A stretch of DNA of 62,647 nucleotides, filler included, from an uncultured bacterium (GTDB taxonomy: Bacteria > AUK180): NCBI GenBank assembly GCA_937863565.1. It is 6 parts of 6 records of this genome, joined end to end, with 100 filler letters (N's around TTAATTAATTAA, not from the genome) between each part and the next. Parts side by side here need not be neighbours in the genome. Positions count along the whole stretch, not along the records: positions 8,083 to 31,898 come from CALMGJ010000014.1; 5 more parts are not named here. One strand, given 5' to 3'. The notes below the pieces were generated by a model. The model did not search any database. It was given only the letters and a program-made list of their open reading frames with translations, and had not been told where the DNA came from. Below are positions 8,084 through 18,537 of the stretch, one piece after another; the first letter of the stretch is position 1, and the number at the start of each line of letters is the position of its first letter. The translations under genes were made by a program, and so were the position numbers.

Positions 8084-9898
8084 ATGAGGATGACGTTCTA
8101 CGGCGCCGCACGGGAAGTAACGGGCTCGAAGATCCTGATTGAAACGAAAGGCGTAAAATTGCTTGTGGATTGCGGACTGCACCAGGGAACAAAGGAGAAT
8201 AAGGAGCTGAACTTCCTTCCGTTCCCGTTCGATCCGAAAAAACTCGATCATGTGATATTGACCCACGCACATATTGATCACAGCGGCCTGATACCGAAAC
8301 TCGTGAAGGACGGTTTCTCCGGGAATATCATCTGTACCCACGGCACGGCCTCGCTGTGCGATATCATGCTGAAGGACTCCGCCCATATTCAGATACAGGA
8401 GAATGAATGGGACAATAAAAGGAGAAAGCGCAAAGGCCTCCCCGAACGCGATCCGCTTTACAATGTCGAGGACGCCGAACGGGCAATGACCGTATTCGCG
8501 CCAAAGGAATATGATCAGAAGATCGATCTGGGCCGCGGTATAAGCGTGATCTTCTCTGATGCGGCGCATATCGTGGGGTCCGCCCATGTCCTGCTCGAAT
8601 CGGAGAATATGCGGATCGGCCTCTCGGGAGACATCGGCGGCAGCGTTTCTCCCGTGCTGAACACGCCTTCGCCCTTTAAAAGCGCCGATTATGTCATTAT
8701 GGAATCAACTTACGGTGACAGGAACAAAGAACCTATAGAGAATTCGCTGAATAAACTTTCTCAGATAATCAACGACTCTTTAATGAGCGGCGGCAAGATC
8801 CTCATTCCTTCTTTTGCCGTGGGCCGCACTCAACTGATGCTCTACTACATGAATGAACTGCATAAGTCGGGTAAGCTCAATCTCATTAAAACGTTCCTCG
8901 ACAGCCCCCTTTCCATAAAAGCAACGGAGATATATTCGCGTTTGATAAAAGACCACCCGGAATATTTTTCGGATACGATCCGGAACCTCTCGAAAGAAGG
9001 TGTTTCACCTTTCGATTTTCCGACACTGACCCTGACATCCACAGTTGAAGAATCGATGACGATAAATGAGTATGACCGTCCGGCCATCATAATCTCATCG
9101 GCCGGGATGTGTAATGCCGGGCGTATCCTCCACCATCTGAAAAGGCATATCTGGAACCCGAATTCCACGGTGCTCTTTGTAGGGTATCAGGCCGAAGGCA
9201 CTCTCGGAAGGCAGATACTTGAAGGCGAAAAACAGGTCTCCATACTCGGCGAGATGTTCGAAGTGCACGCATCGATACATGTCCTGAACAGTTTTTCCGC
9301 TCATGCGGACAGAGCGAAATTGCTGGATTTCGTGAACAGCATGACCGACAAGCCGAAAAAAATATTCATTAATCACGGTGAAAGCAAAGCCGCGGAATCT
9401 CTCGCCGGGGAGATCGGGAAGTCAACGGGCATCGAATGTATTATTCCGGAATACAAATCGGCTTATGAACTTTCTCCGGAGGGGGTCACTGCACTGCAGG
9501 AGGAAGTTGCGGTATGGACTGAAGAGGATGATAACAGGATCTATGCAGACAGTATAGAGATAGAGAAGCTCATGGACGGATTCATTGAAAAACTCGGAAA
9601 ATTTATTTCGCATGATGAGACCTACGGAGATCTGAGCAAAAGATTTGAAGGCCTTTCAAAAAGGTCGCTGCGCTCCCTGATCCTTCTTAAAAGGCTTAGC
9701 GACTATCTCGGAGACAATGTTTTTGAGAATTTCTCCAAGCTGATGGAAAGCGAGGACCTTGTCGATACAAAACTCGAGCAAAAGATAAAGGAATTTAAAA
9801 AGGAATATTTTCTGAGCATGGACCCCATCATTGAGGATTTTATAAAGAAGATCTCGGAGGTGCTGAAGCCCACGCAAAGCTTCATAAAACATGATTAG
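8084..9898 (+). CDS. MBL-fold beta-CASP ribonuclease (Ysh1/TTHA0252-like) with C-terminal extension
   Basis: GAAREVTGS, THAHIDHSG, AHIVGSA, MESTYG, FAVGRTQ, GYQAEGTLGR, FSAHAD, NHGE. Confidence 0.93.
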   Translation: MRMTFYGAAREVTGSKILIETKGVKLLVDCGLHQGTKENKELNFLPFPFDPKKLDHVILTHAHIDHSGLIPKLVKDGFSGNIICTHGTASLCDIMLKDSAHIQIQENEWDNKRRKRKGLPERDPLYNVEDAERAMTVFAPKEYDQKIDLGRGISVIFSDAAHIVGSAHVLLESENMRIGLSGDIGGSVSPVLNTPSPFKSADYVIMESTYGDRNKEPIENSLNKLSQIINDSLMSGGKILIPSFAVGRTQLMLYYMNELHKSGKLNLIKTFLDSPLSIKATEIYSRLIKDHPEYFSDTIRNLSKEGVSPFDFPTLTLTSTVEESMTINEYDRPAIIISSAGMCNAGRILHHLKRHIWNPNSTVLFVGYQAEGTLGRQILEGEKQVSILGEMFEVHASIHVLNSFSAHADRAKLLDFVNSMTDKPKKIFINHGESKAAESLAGEIGKSTGIECIIPEYKSAYELSPEGVTALQEEVAVWTEEDDNRIYADSIEIEKLMDGFIEKLGKFISHDETYGDLSKRFEGLSKRSLRSLILLKRLSDYLGDNVFENFSKLMESEDLVDTKLEQKIKEFKKEYFLSMDPIIEDFIKKISEVLKPTQSFIKHD

Positions 9899-12800
9899 AA
9901 AACGGCAGCGCTTTTTCCTGTACTTTTTCTCGGGCATTCTTGCGGTTTCTCTTCTCAGTGTCATACTTCTTCCTTCACTGATCAGGTGGAGACTCACGAC
10001 GATCCCGGGGTATAAAGTGGATTTCCAGACACTGGAGATCAGGATATTCGGCGTTTCGGAGATAACGGGCATAACGCTGACAGGCGAGGCGGCGGATATT
10101 TCCGTGGAGTACCTTAAGTTCAAGATCGGCCTGGTCCCTTCGCTTCTGATAGGTAAATTGTCCCTGAGGGATGTTCTCCTGTACCGCCCGCAGATCATTT
10201 TCAAGAAAGCCGGCCGCGGCAACTTGAAATTGAACGCAGAAATGATCGGACTTAAAGTGACGGACGGCGTTTTCCGGTACTTCGAAGGGATTTTGGAAGA
10301 TATAAATATTGAGGGAGACATCGACCTGCAGAAACTGGAGTGCGATATAAAAAGCATGTCGTGCCTTGTGAACATAGAAAGGGCATTCAGGGATATGAGG
10401 GTAGTCAGCTCGCATTTCAGGATGTGCCCTCAAAATAAAGGAGGCATCTTCATCTCGGGTCACGCCGAGACGAAAAATTCTGAGGCCGATTTCAGCGGGA
10501 AGATAGAGAAGGGTTATGATCTGAAATTGAAAAGTAAAAAGATAGACCTGGCAGAGTTCAGTTATCATATTCTCATGGACGATAAACGCAGCATTACCGG
10601 GTTTGCCTGCGGAGAATTTTCCGTTCTAAGAACGAAGGAAGATCTTGTGGTAAAGGGTTCCGGCACATCTGATGCCCTGGTGCTGTATGAACTGAAATTC
10701 AATAATGCCGATGTTGATTTTCTCTTTTCACTTGCCGAAAGAGGCGTCAGCATTGATGTGAAAAGCGCGGAATACTGCAAAGGCACTCTTCACGGCCGGG
10801 CAAGATATCTGATCAAGGGTGATCTTAATGCTTTCGGATACATCAATAATTTTGACCTGTCAGTATTTCTGGACACCGATATCACCGGTTCCAGAGTGAA
10901 CGGTGCCGTCGCAATAAGCGGCATCGCCTTAAAAGACATGGTGGACATTGAAATAAAAGGAGAGAGCATTACCGGCATGCTTCTCGAGTTCCCTCTCGAA
11001 GGAAATGGCTCACGGTTCGTAACGCGGATAAGGAATGATAAAATGGAATCGGGGAAATTCCGGATCTTTTCCAAACTCGGGTTCTTCGAATTCTCGGGAG
11101 CTGGGAGCATTATTAACGACACATATGTGTTCAATGTCGGCGAAGGCCGTTTCCATGTTCCGGATTTTCCCGATACGGACCTTTTTTTTACCGCCGCCGT
11201 CAATTTCAAGAACGATGTCCTAACGGCGGATATAGATCCCGTGAAGGCCGTATTCCTGAAGGATGTTTTCACGGAGAGCATTCCGCTTAAAGGATACATG
11301 AAGCTCGAGTTCGGGAGGAATGACAGGGCAGGGACGATGGACATCCTGGCGGAGGAATTTCTCATTCATTTCAGAAGCAGGCGCTATAGAACGCAGGGGA
11401 TCAGGGTGAACGGGAGATACAGGAACGGATATGCTTCGGGGGATATCGCCTCCGTTTCTAACGGCCCCGGGAATGATATAAAAGGTTCATTTATCTACGA
11501 TAAGATCCTGAACGTTGAACTCGGCGGATCGATGCTCCTGTCCAAGGTCGTACGCGACGGATTTGTTGATGATATCCCGCTCAGTCTATCGATGAATATG
11601 GCTGAGGATTTCAGTCTTGATATGGCAACTAACGGGATAAGGATCGAAGGAGAGAATTTCCTCGATACCGGCACCCTTCGTATCAGGGCATCAGGAGAAG
11701 ATTGGGAGATCGAAGGCCGAAGCCGCCCTTTATCATTCATTGCGGCTCAGAGGGATGGCGGTCTTACCGGAAGGTTCGATTTCAAAGATTTCGACCTTTC
11801 CGCGGCATGGGACCTTTACAGAAAGGAATCGAGCGGATTCTCCGGCCTGTTGACAGGCGTGATGGACATTTCGGGAACGATGCGTTCGCCTGCCGTATCC
11901 TCGGTTTTCCGCATAGACAATTTTGCCAAAGAGGACGTATACATAGGGCTGATAGAAACTGCGATCGACTTAAAAGAGAGCCGGCTCAAGATCGATTATC
12001 TCAGGCTTTTCCATAAATTCTACTACATTAAATTCGAAGGGATGCTTCCCATTTCCCTTTCATTTTCTCCGCTGTACATAAGATTCCCCGACAGGGAAGT
12101 AGATCTCGTTTGCGATATCAAGGATACCGATGCGAGTATTTTTAATTTCGTACTTTATGATGTACCGAATATGCTCAATATAAAAGTGAAGAAACAAGAT
12201 TACTTCTTGCCGGAGAAAGGCGGCATCAAAGGGTCAATGGCACTTAAAGGTACATATGAGAACCCTGTCCTTGACGGGTACCTCACATTCACGGATGTCG
12301 GCGGCAGGCTGAACCTCAAATCGTTCAAAACTGATATCTCGGGTCTTAAGGGGAGCATTAAATATTACAATGCGGGGACAGAAAACAATGTTACGTTCGA
12401 CGGGATACGCTTCTCTCTTGAAAGGGAAGGGAAGAAGGGATTGCTTGAAGTGAACGGCAACCTGCGTTTGGAGGACGGGGATATCGCCGGCAGGGGCACG
12501 CTTGAATTAAAAGACGGCGTACTCGCGTTCAGCGAAACGGATTACCGTATCGATATCGTAGGGCTTAAAACCGTTTTTGATATGGATGAGAAGATCATCA
12601 AGGGTAATATTGCGCTCGGCAACTCCATGCTGAAATTTCCCCTGATCAACGTATTCGACCTCATTTTGAACGCCGTTGAAGGGGGCAAAAGAAAGAATCT
12701 GGCAAAGGATAGGATCACTCTGCTTGATGAGAAGAATATCAAGCTCGCTCTTACGCTCACAACGCGTTCTCCTGTATTCTTCACCGGAGAAAATCAGAAT

Positions 12801-13526
12801 TTCTCCGTCAACTTCGATTCACTTTCGATCAGCGGTACGCTTTCCGACATGATCCTGAAAGGGGATTTCAATGTTTTGGAGGGAAACGTATACTATCTGG
12901 GGAACACGTTCAAGTTCCTTCCTTCGATCGTCAGCTTCAGCGGCTCTCCGGGAGTGAACCCGCAGCTGAAGATAGATCTTCAATCGACCATAAAGGGATA
13001 TCAGATCAATATAGCCGTCACCGGAAAACTGAAGGAACCGGCGGTGGCTTTCTCCTCGCTTCCGTATCTGTCGTATTTCGAGATCCTTACCCTTGTTCTC
13101 TTTAAGTCGCGTTCCCTGGAGAATGAATCGACTGACATATACACGATAGGTCTCGATCTTCTCATCAATCAGCTTACAGAGGAACTTTTCAAACTCACAA
13201 GGAAGACCGCTTTCGGATATCTGACCTCCATGCTCTTCGATACGATGAAGATAGAGAGGATAAGCACAAATATCTCCAATGAACTTGTTTCGCGATGGAA
13301 ATTCACCGTGGGGAAATATGTCTATCCGAACCTCTATGTGGGGTATTCAAGATACCAGGAGAGCCTGTATGATCAGCAGATGGAGTTCAAGTTCTTCGTT
13401 AATCCGCAACTCGTACTTTCCGTCAACCTCAATATGAGCCCTTATGAAACGAGATCATTCGGCGATTCGATCTACATCACATGGATACGGGATTTCGAAT
13501 TGACGAAAATATTGAAATTCAAATAA
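9891..13526 (+). CDS. TamB/AsmA-like translocation-assembly module protein
   Basis: N-terminal TM anchor, long beta-rich body, and a C-terminal TamB-type region (G.L..P...FSS.P.LS..EIL..L...VGKY...LY..YS). Confidence 0.75.
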   Translation: MIRKRQRFFLYFFSGILAVSLLSVILLPSLIRWRLTTIPGYKVDFQTLEIRIFGVSEITGITLTGEAADISVEYLKFKIGLVPSLLIGKLSLRDVLLYRPQIIFKKAGRGNLKLNAEMIGLKVTDGVFRYFEGILEDINIEGDIDLQKLECDIKSMSCLVNIERAFRDMRVVSSHFRMCPQNKGGIFISGHAETKNSEADFSGKIEKGYDLKLKSKKIDLAEFSYHILMDDKRSITGFACGEFSVLRTKEDLVVKGSGTSDALVLYELKFNNADVDFLFSLAERGVSIDVKSAEYCKGTLHGRARYLIKGDLNAFGYINNFDLSVFLDTDITGSRVNGAVAISGIALKDMVDIEIKGESITGMLLEFPLEGNGSRFVTRIRNDKMESGKFRIFSKLGFFEFSGAGSIINDTYVFNVGEGRFHVPDFPDTDLFFTAAVNFKNDVLTADIDPVKAVFLKDVFTESIPLKGYMKLEFGRNDRAGTMDILAEEFLIHFRSRRYRTQGIRVNGRYRNGYASGDIASVSNGPGNDIKGSFIYDKILNVELGGSMLLSKVVRDGFVDDIPLSLSMNMAEDFSLDMATNGIRIEGENFLDTGTLRIRASGEDWEIEGRSRPLSFIAAQRDGGLTGRFDFKDFDLSAAWDLYRKESSGFSGLLTGVMDISGTMRSPAVSSVFRIDNFAKEDVYIGLIETAIDLKESRLKIDYLRLFHKFYYIKFEGMLPISLSFSPLYIRFPDREVDLVCDIKDTDASIFNFVLYDVPNMLNIKVKKQDYFLPEKGGIKGSMALKGTYENPVLDGYLTFTDVGGRLNLKSFKTDISGLKGSIKYYNAGTENNVTFDGIRFSLEREGKKGLLEVNGNLRLEDGDIAGRGTLELKDGVLAFSETDYRIDIVGLKTVFDMDEKIIKGNIALGNSMLKFPLINVFDLILNAVEGGKRKNLAKDRITLLDEKNIKLALTLTTRSPVFFTGENQNFSVNFDSLSISGTLSDMILKGDFNVLEGNVYYLGNTFKFLPSIVSFSGSPGVNPQLKIDLQSTIKGYQINIAVTGKLKEPAVAFSSLPYLSYFEILTLVLFKSRSLENESTDIYTIGLDLLINQLTEELFKLTRKTAFGYLTSMLFDTMKIERISTNISNELVSRWKFTVGKYVYPNLYVGYSRYQESLYDQQMEFKFFVNPQLVLSVNLNMSPYETRSFGDSIYITWIRDFELTKILKFK

Positions 13527-13530
13527 TGAT

Positions 13531-14118
13531 ATGAACGCTTTTCTGGAACGGTACTTCTCCGGGTTCTGTTCGCAGGACGCTGCGCATACGTTTTTTTCCG
13601 GCTGCAGGCACATGTATCTCTGCGCCCGGTGTTCCGGGATATATTTCGGCGCCTTTATTTTTTTCCTGGGAACCCTTATAGTCCGCAAGAGGCAGAATAA
13701 GCAAATGCTGTATTTCCTGTTCTTCCTTCTGATCAACATCATTCATGCGGTGCTTCAGAGGCTGCTGCATTGGCAGTACAGCCTGCATACGGTATTCATT
13801 CTCGGGCATCTTACCGGATATTATTTCGCCGGTGCCGCGGCCGAATTCGCGTTTTCCGGCAGAATGGAGAAGCACAAACTTTACGCCGATCTCGCGTTCA
13901 ATGCGGCAGGCATATTCGCATTCCTTTTCATCCTTCATTTTTTAAAAGCAATGACGGTTCTCAATATCATCTGCGCATCAGCTCTTTTTGCCTGTATCCT
14001 GCTTCTGATCTTCGGGCTGGTAAAGAGGACCCGTTGGCCGCTGTGGGCCGTGATATTGCTTTCCCTTGCGGCGTCCGCCGGTTTTATGGCGGGCGTTCAC
14101 AAACTGCTGGGAAGGTGA
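13531..14118 (+). CDS. Membrane protein, DUF2085-like
   Basis: FCSQ...F.G....LCARCSGIYFG motif followed by several TM helices. Confidence 0.7.
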   Translation: MNAFLERYFSGFCSQDAAHTFFSGCRHMYLCARCSGIYFGAFIFFLGTLIVRKRQNKQMLYFLFFLLINIIHAVLQRLLHWQYSLHTVFILGHLTGYYFAGAAAEFAFSGRMEKHKLYADLAFNAAGIFAFLFILHFLKAMTVLNIICASALFACILLLIFGLVKRTRWPLWAVILLSLAASAGFMAGVHKLLGR

Positions 14119-14235
14119 CCGTCTTCCGTTCCGTCTTTCCAACTGCAAAATCTCAAACACATGCCGGACTTTTATAAAGAAGAGAAAGGGAATAAAATGA
14201 TAGAGGGGGACCGCGGAGAATTTTGCGGCAAAAAT

Positions 14236-14675
14236 CACAAAGGTTACGCGGCCAAAAAACAGGAGGGATCTCCCGCAGAAAGTGAGAAAATTCATGCCCT
14301 TTAAGGTCAGAAAAATACGGATGGACTGCGGGATGCAGACGGACTGCAGAATGCAAACGGATAACGGAAACGGGTTTTTGAAACATTTCGAAAGCTATGC
14401 CGAGGCGAATAAGTTGATCCATTTCTTCAACTATCCGAAAAGACCGAAAATGAACGCATATATAGAACGGTTCAATGGTGTTCTGCAAAGCCAATTTGTC
14501 ATAAGTTATTCTTTGGAAATGGGTGAAGCACAGATTTTTAATGCTTTGCTGATGGATTATCTTTAATGGTATAAAATGAAAAAAAATACATCTCTTACTT
14601 GAAAAATACTCCGGTCGATTATTACTTAGACGCATATGTTCTTTCTCAAAAAAGTCCGGAATGTATCGGGACAGT
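14236..14675 (+). pseudogene. Degraded IS481-like (integrase-core DDE) transposase remnant
   Basis: PFKVRK..QTDNG.GF..HFFNYPKRPKMNAYIERFN..LQ. There is a premature TAA at 14564-14566, then WY..H and a frameshifted TPVDY. The N-terminal part is missing. Confidence 0.75.
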
Positions 14676-14683
14676 CCTCCAAC

Positions 14684-14715
14684 TTGACAAAAAACAAAAA
14701 ATGATTATAATCATT
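14684..14715 (+). promoter_or_regulatory. Consensus sigma70 promoter with a palindrome over the -10
   Basis: TTGACA-N16-TATAAT. AATGATTATAATCATT (14700-14715) is a perfect 16-bp palindrome. The ATG lies 8 nt after the -10. Confidence 0.7.
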
Positions 14716-14719
14716 CATT

Positions 14720-15715
14720 ATGGTTATCTTCTATGTTGCGGTGACATTCATTGAATTCGTTCTGGCCGGTCTGTACACGAAGATCGCCTTGAAAAAAGGG
14801 ATCGTGGACCATCCGGGTGAAAGGAAAATGCACGAACATTCCAAACCCCGGGGAGCGGGAGTTTCCTTTTTCCTCGTTTATGCCGCGGCATTCCTGTATC
14901 TTACTCGCGGGCATGATTTTAATTTCAATTATAAACTATGGCTGATCTTGGGATTCGTGATATTCCTGGTCGGATTTCTGGATGATATACTGAACCTGCC
15001 GGCCGGCGTGAAATTGATCGTTCAGATCGCCGTGGCCGTGATATTCACCCTCTATATCGGCAAGGCGACGCTTTTTTTAAAATACAAGTGGCTTCAGATG
15101 ATCATCAGCGTTGCCTGGATCATCGGCATTATGAACTCGTTCAATCTTCTGGACAATATGGACGGGCTCTCCGGGGGCATTTCGCTGATCGTGTGTTTGA
15201 TATTCGCTTTTATTAATTTCCAGCTCAGGAACGAGATATATCTTCTGTATCTTCTTCTTGCGTTCATAATGGCGGGTTTCCTTCCCCATAATTTCTATCC
15301 TTCCCAATGTTTCATGGGAGACTCCGGCAGCCTGTTCATCGGATTTGTAATATCAACGCTTTCAATGATCGGAGTATACACGGAGTTCTCTCTCTTGAAG
15401 CACCTGCCGGTCCTCATCCCCGTCATCGTGCTCTCTGTACCTCTTTATGACACTCTTTCGGTGATCTACATAAGGATCAAGAATAAAAAACCGATCTTTG
15501 TCGGGGATAAGAACCATTTCTCCCACAGACTTTTCGACCTCGGGCTCTCTCACAAGGATTCGGTCCTTTTTATCTATCTCGTAACGCTTTCCACGGGCAT
15601 CGGTTCATTTCTGCTTCTTAGGGTCAACTGGCTCGGCGCCCTCGTGATCCTTGCCCAGGTATTGATCCTCTTCGTGCTGCTTTCGATCCTCATAAAAACG
15701 GGAAGAAAAAAATAA
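14720..15715 (+). CDS. MraY/WecA/TagO family polyprenyl-phosphate GlcNAc-1-P transferase
   Basis: DHPGERKMH, GFLDD, NSFNLLDNMDGL, FMGDSGS, DKNHFSHRL. Confidence 0.92.
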   Translation: MVIFYVAVTFIEFVLAGLYTKIALKKGIVDHPGERKMHEHSKPRGAGVSFFLVYAAAFLYLTRGHDFNFNYKLWLILGFVIFLVGFLDDILNLPAGVKLIVQIAVAVIFTLYIGKATLFLKYKWLQMIISVAWIIGIMNSFNLLDNMDGLSGGISLIVCLIFAFINFQLRNEIYLLYLLLAFIMAGFLPHNFYPSQCFMGDSGSLFIGFVISTLSMIGVYTEFSLLKHLPVLIPVIVLSVPLYDTLSVIYIRIKNKKPIFVGDKNHFSHRLFDLGLSHKDSVLFIYLVTLSTGIGSFLLLRVNWLGALVILAQVLILFVLLSILIKTGRKK

Positions 15716-16863
15716 TGGATAAGAAATTCTCGCAGCGTTTATCTGGTATTCCGCCGTACCTTTTCGCATCGCTCGATGAGATAAAAAAGAAAATGCAGAA
15801 GGAAGGAAAAAGGGTCTTCGATCTCGGTGTAGGGGATCCCGATCTCCCCACCGTGGCCGGAATAGTGGAAAGGGCCAAGATTGAGGTCGGTAAACCCGAA
15901 AATCACAGATATCCTTCATACAGCGGCAGCATGTATTTCAGGCGTACCGCAGCCGAATACATAATGAAAGGTTTCGGCCCGGCTCTTGATCCCGAAAAGA
16001 ACATCATTGCCCTGATAGGCAGCAAGGAAGGCATCGCACATCTTCCACTTGCTTTCGTAGATCCGGGAGACGAAGTGCTGATACCCGAACCGGGGTATCC
16101 CGTTTACCGAGACGGAACGCTGTTCGCCGGCGGCCGGCCTGTTTATATGCCGCTTTTAAAAGAGAACGGATTCCTTCCCGATCTGGAATACTACTTGAAA
16201 GAACATAAACCCAGGATCGTATGGATCAATTATCCGAACAATCCGACCGGAGTGAAATGCACGGACGAATTCTTTAGAAGGTCCGTGGAACTGGCGCAAA
16301 AGCACGGATTCATCCTTGCTTCGGATGCGGCGTATATCGAGGTCTTTAAGAACGGCACCTCCCGGCCGCGTTCCATACTCGAATTCCCCGGCTCTGAGGA
16401 TTGCGCGATCGAATTCCATTCTTTCTCCAAGATGTTCAATATGACCGGGTGGCGCGTCGGGTTCGCCTGCGGAAATGAACATCTTGTGACGGGGCTCGGG
16501 AAGATAAAAAAGAGTGTGGATTCGGGCATATTCGATGCGATACAGAATGCCGTGTCTTCAGGATTATTTGAAAGCCTGCAAAAGATGCGTTCCAATATGG
16601 AGATTTATTTTCATCGGCGGACCATGTTCGAGAGCTTCCTGCCCGCCATGGGGCTCCGGCCGGTGAGTTCGGATGCGACATTCTATGTTTGGGCCGAGAT
16701 CTCCGACGGCCTCTCTAGCGCAGCTAAGACAGAAGAACTATTAAAAAAATACGGTATACTGGCCTCGCCGGGCACAGGGTTCGGGCCTTCCGGAGAGGGG
16801 TATCTGCGTTTCTCCCTCACTATAAGCGATAAGGATCTCTCCGAACTGGCAGGATCATTTTGA
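15715..16863 (+). CDS. dapL: LL-diaminopimelate aminotransferase (class I/II PLP)
   Basis: PPYLFA, LGVGDPD, GSKEGIAH, NYPNNPTG, DAAY, SFSKMFNMTGWRVG. Confidence 0.8.
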   Translation: MDKKFSQRLSGIPPYLFASLDEIKKKMQKEGKRVFDLGVGDPDLPTVAGIVERAKIEVGKPENHRYPSYSGSMYFRRTAAEYIMKGFGPALDPEKNIIALIGSKEGIAHLPLAFVDPGDEVLIPEPGYPVYRDGTLFAGGRPVYMPLLKENGFLPDLEYYLKEHKPRIVWINYPNNPTGVKCTDEFFRRSVELAQKHGFILASDAAYIEVFKNGTSRPRSILEFPGSEDCAIEFHSFSKMFNMTGWRVGFACGNEHLVTGLGKIKKSVDSGIFDAIQNAVSSGLFESLQKMRSNMEIYFHRRTMFESFLPAMGLRPVSSDATFYVWAEISDGLSSAAKTEELLKKYGILASPGTGFGPSGEGYLRFSLTISDKDLSELAGSF

Positions 16864-17297
16864 TCTATTATATCTTGAGTCTCGGCGCGAACACCGGTGA
16901 TCCGGAAAAGAACCTTGCCCTTGCTTGCGAAGCTCTTTCAAATTACGGCGCTATCAAGAAAAGGACTCCCGTGGAAAGGACCAGACCGTGGGGTATAGAG
17001 GACCAGCCGGATTTCTTTAATATGCTGATCGGGTATTCCACCGCTCTTTCGCCTTTCGAACTCGGGGCCCGTATCTTCCGGACAGAAACCTTGATAGGTC
17101 GGGTTAAAACAAAACGCTGGGGGCCGAGAGAGATAGACATAGACATCCTTTTGTGCGGAGAACTCATTCTCAACAGCTGCGGCCTTATCATACCGCACCC
17201 GTTCCTGCATAGAAGGGAATTCATATTAAAGCCTTTGAAAAAATATTTTCCGGATGCTGTCCATCCTGTTTTCAAAAAGAGGATCGAAGAACTGTAA
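16860..17297 (+). CDS. folK: HPPK, dihydropterin pyrophosphokinase
   Basis: LSLGAN, QPDFFN, RWGPREIDIDIL, LIIPHP. Confidence 0.95.
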   Translation: MIYYILSLGANTGDPEKNLALACEALSNYGAIKKRTPVERTRPWGIEDQPDFFNMLIGYSTALSPFELGARIFRTETLIGRVKTKRWGPREIDIDILLCGELILNSCGLIIPHPFLHRREFILKPLKKYFPDAVHPVFKKRIEEL

Positions 17298-17303
17298 AAC
17301 CGT

Positions 17304-17663
17304 TCAGTCTTTGAATTGCTCCAGAAATAATTGAAGAGTATCGTTCGTGTTCTTTGTGAGAGGAAGGAACTGCACTCCGATCGTAATGCTGTCATTGATC
17401 GAATGAAGCCAGCGTATGATCCCTTTCAGGGATATTACCTCGCTTCCGTGAAGCCCGATCTCGCAGTTGATGCCGTAATTAAGCTGCAGAGGGGTATCGT
17501 CATACATTTCAAGAAGCATTCCGCTCATCGACAGGTTAAGCGTTTTGCACATACCCTGGTATATACCGTTGCCTTTCCCGTCATAGATCTCGATACTGAC
17601 AAGGTTCATCGTCTCGAACCGCTTATCCCTGCGCATCATCTTATAATGATCGAAATCGTTCAT
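17304..17663 (-). CDS. PilZ-domain protein (c-di-GMP receptor)
   Basis: RRDKR (RxxxR) and NLSMSG (D/NxSxxG), ending in GVQF. GGAGGA SD before ATG 17663. Confidence 0.85.
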   Translation of the reverse strand: MNDFDHYKMMRRDKRFETMNLVSIEIYDGKGNGIYQGMCKTLNLSMSGMLLEMYDDTPLQLNYGINCEIGLHGSEVISLKGIIRWLHSINDSITIGVQFLPLTKNTNDTLQLFLEQFKD

Positions 17664-17664
17664 C

Positions 17665-18537
17665 CTATCCTCCAATTATCTCTTTCGCCGTTTCTTCGGC
17701 ATTGAACGAGGACCTGACAAATGGTCCCGCGACCACGCATTTTATTCCCTTAGACATAGCAAATCCGCGTATCTGCTCATATTCTTCAAGTTCATAGTAC
17801 CTTTGCACGGGATAATGCCGTCGGCTGGGGCTCAGATACTGGCCCACTGTCAGCATCGAGATCCCCGTATCGGCCGCCTCGTCGATTGCATCATTCAGCT
17901 CATCCCGCGTTTCTCCGAGGCCCACCATGATTCCGGTCTTAGTCCTCACTCCCATTCCTGCGAAAAATTTCAGTACGGCTAGCGATGTTGAAAAAGAGGC
18001 TTCGGGCCGGATCCTCGAATACAGCGACGGGACTGTTTCAATATTATGGTTGAGCACGTCTGCCCGTCCCTCGAGAACTGAACGAAGCGCTTCTTCGTTC
18101 CCCATCATGTCCGGTATGAGGAATTCCGTTTTAATACCCGGCACCGCTGTTTTGATCTTCATTCCCGCTAGAGCATAGATGCCCGCTCCTCCGTCCGGAA
18201 GATCATCCCGGGTCACGGATGTTATTACGGCATACCTGACCCCGAGCTCCTTCACAGCGCCGGCTACTCTGTCCGGCTCATCCTGTTCCGGAGGTAGCGG
18301 CCGGCCTTTGGATATGCCGCAGAAAGCACAGTTCCTGGTACAGATATTTCCCAGTATAAGGAAGGTGGCGCGGCCCTGGCCGAAACAGCGGCCCAGATTG
18401 GGGCATCCTGCTTCACGGCAGACGGTATGAAGTTCAGCAGAGCATAATTTTCTTTCTATAGGGATCGGGTCGCCGGCAGAGTTCTCTATGTAAAGCATTT
18501 TAAGCCATTCAGGCCATCGTTCCCTTCTATCCGTCAT
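17665..18537 (-). CDS. lipA: Lipoyl synthase
   Basis: CX4CX5C (CREAGCPNLGRC), radical-SAM CTRNCAFC, RDDLPDGG, NHNIETV, GQYL, RSSF. Confidence 0.96.
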   Translation of the reverse strand: MTDRRERWPEWLKMLYIENSAGDPIPIERKLCSAELHTVCREAGCPNLGRCFGQGRATFLILGNICTRNCAFCGISKGRPLPPEQDEPDRVAGAVKELGVRYAVITSVTRDDLPDGGAGIYALAGMKIKTAVPGIKTEFLIPDMMGNEEALRSVLEGRADVLNHNIETVPSLYSRIRPEASFSTSLAVLKFFAGMGVRTKTGIMVGLGETRDELNDAIDEAADTGISMLTVGQYLSPSRRHYPVQRYYELEEYEQIRGFAMSKGIKCVVAGPFVRSSFNAEETAKEIIGG

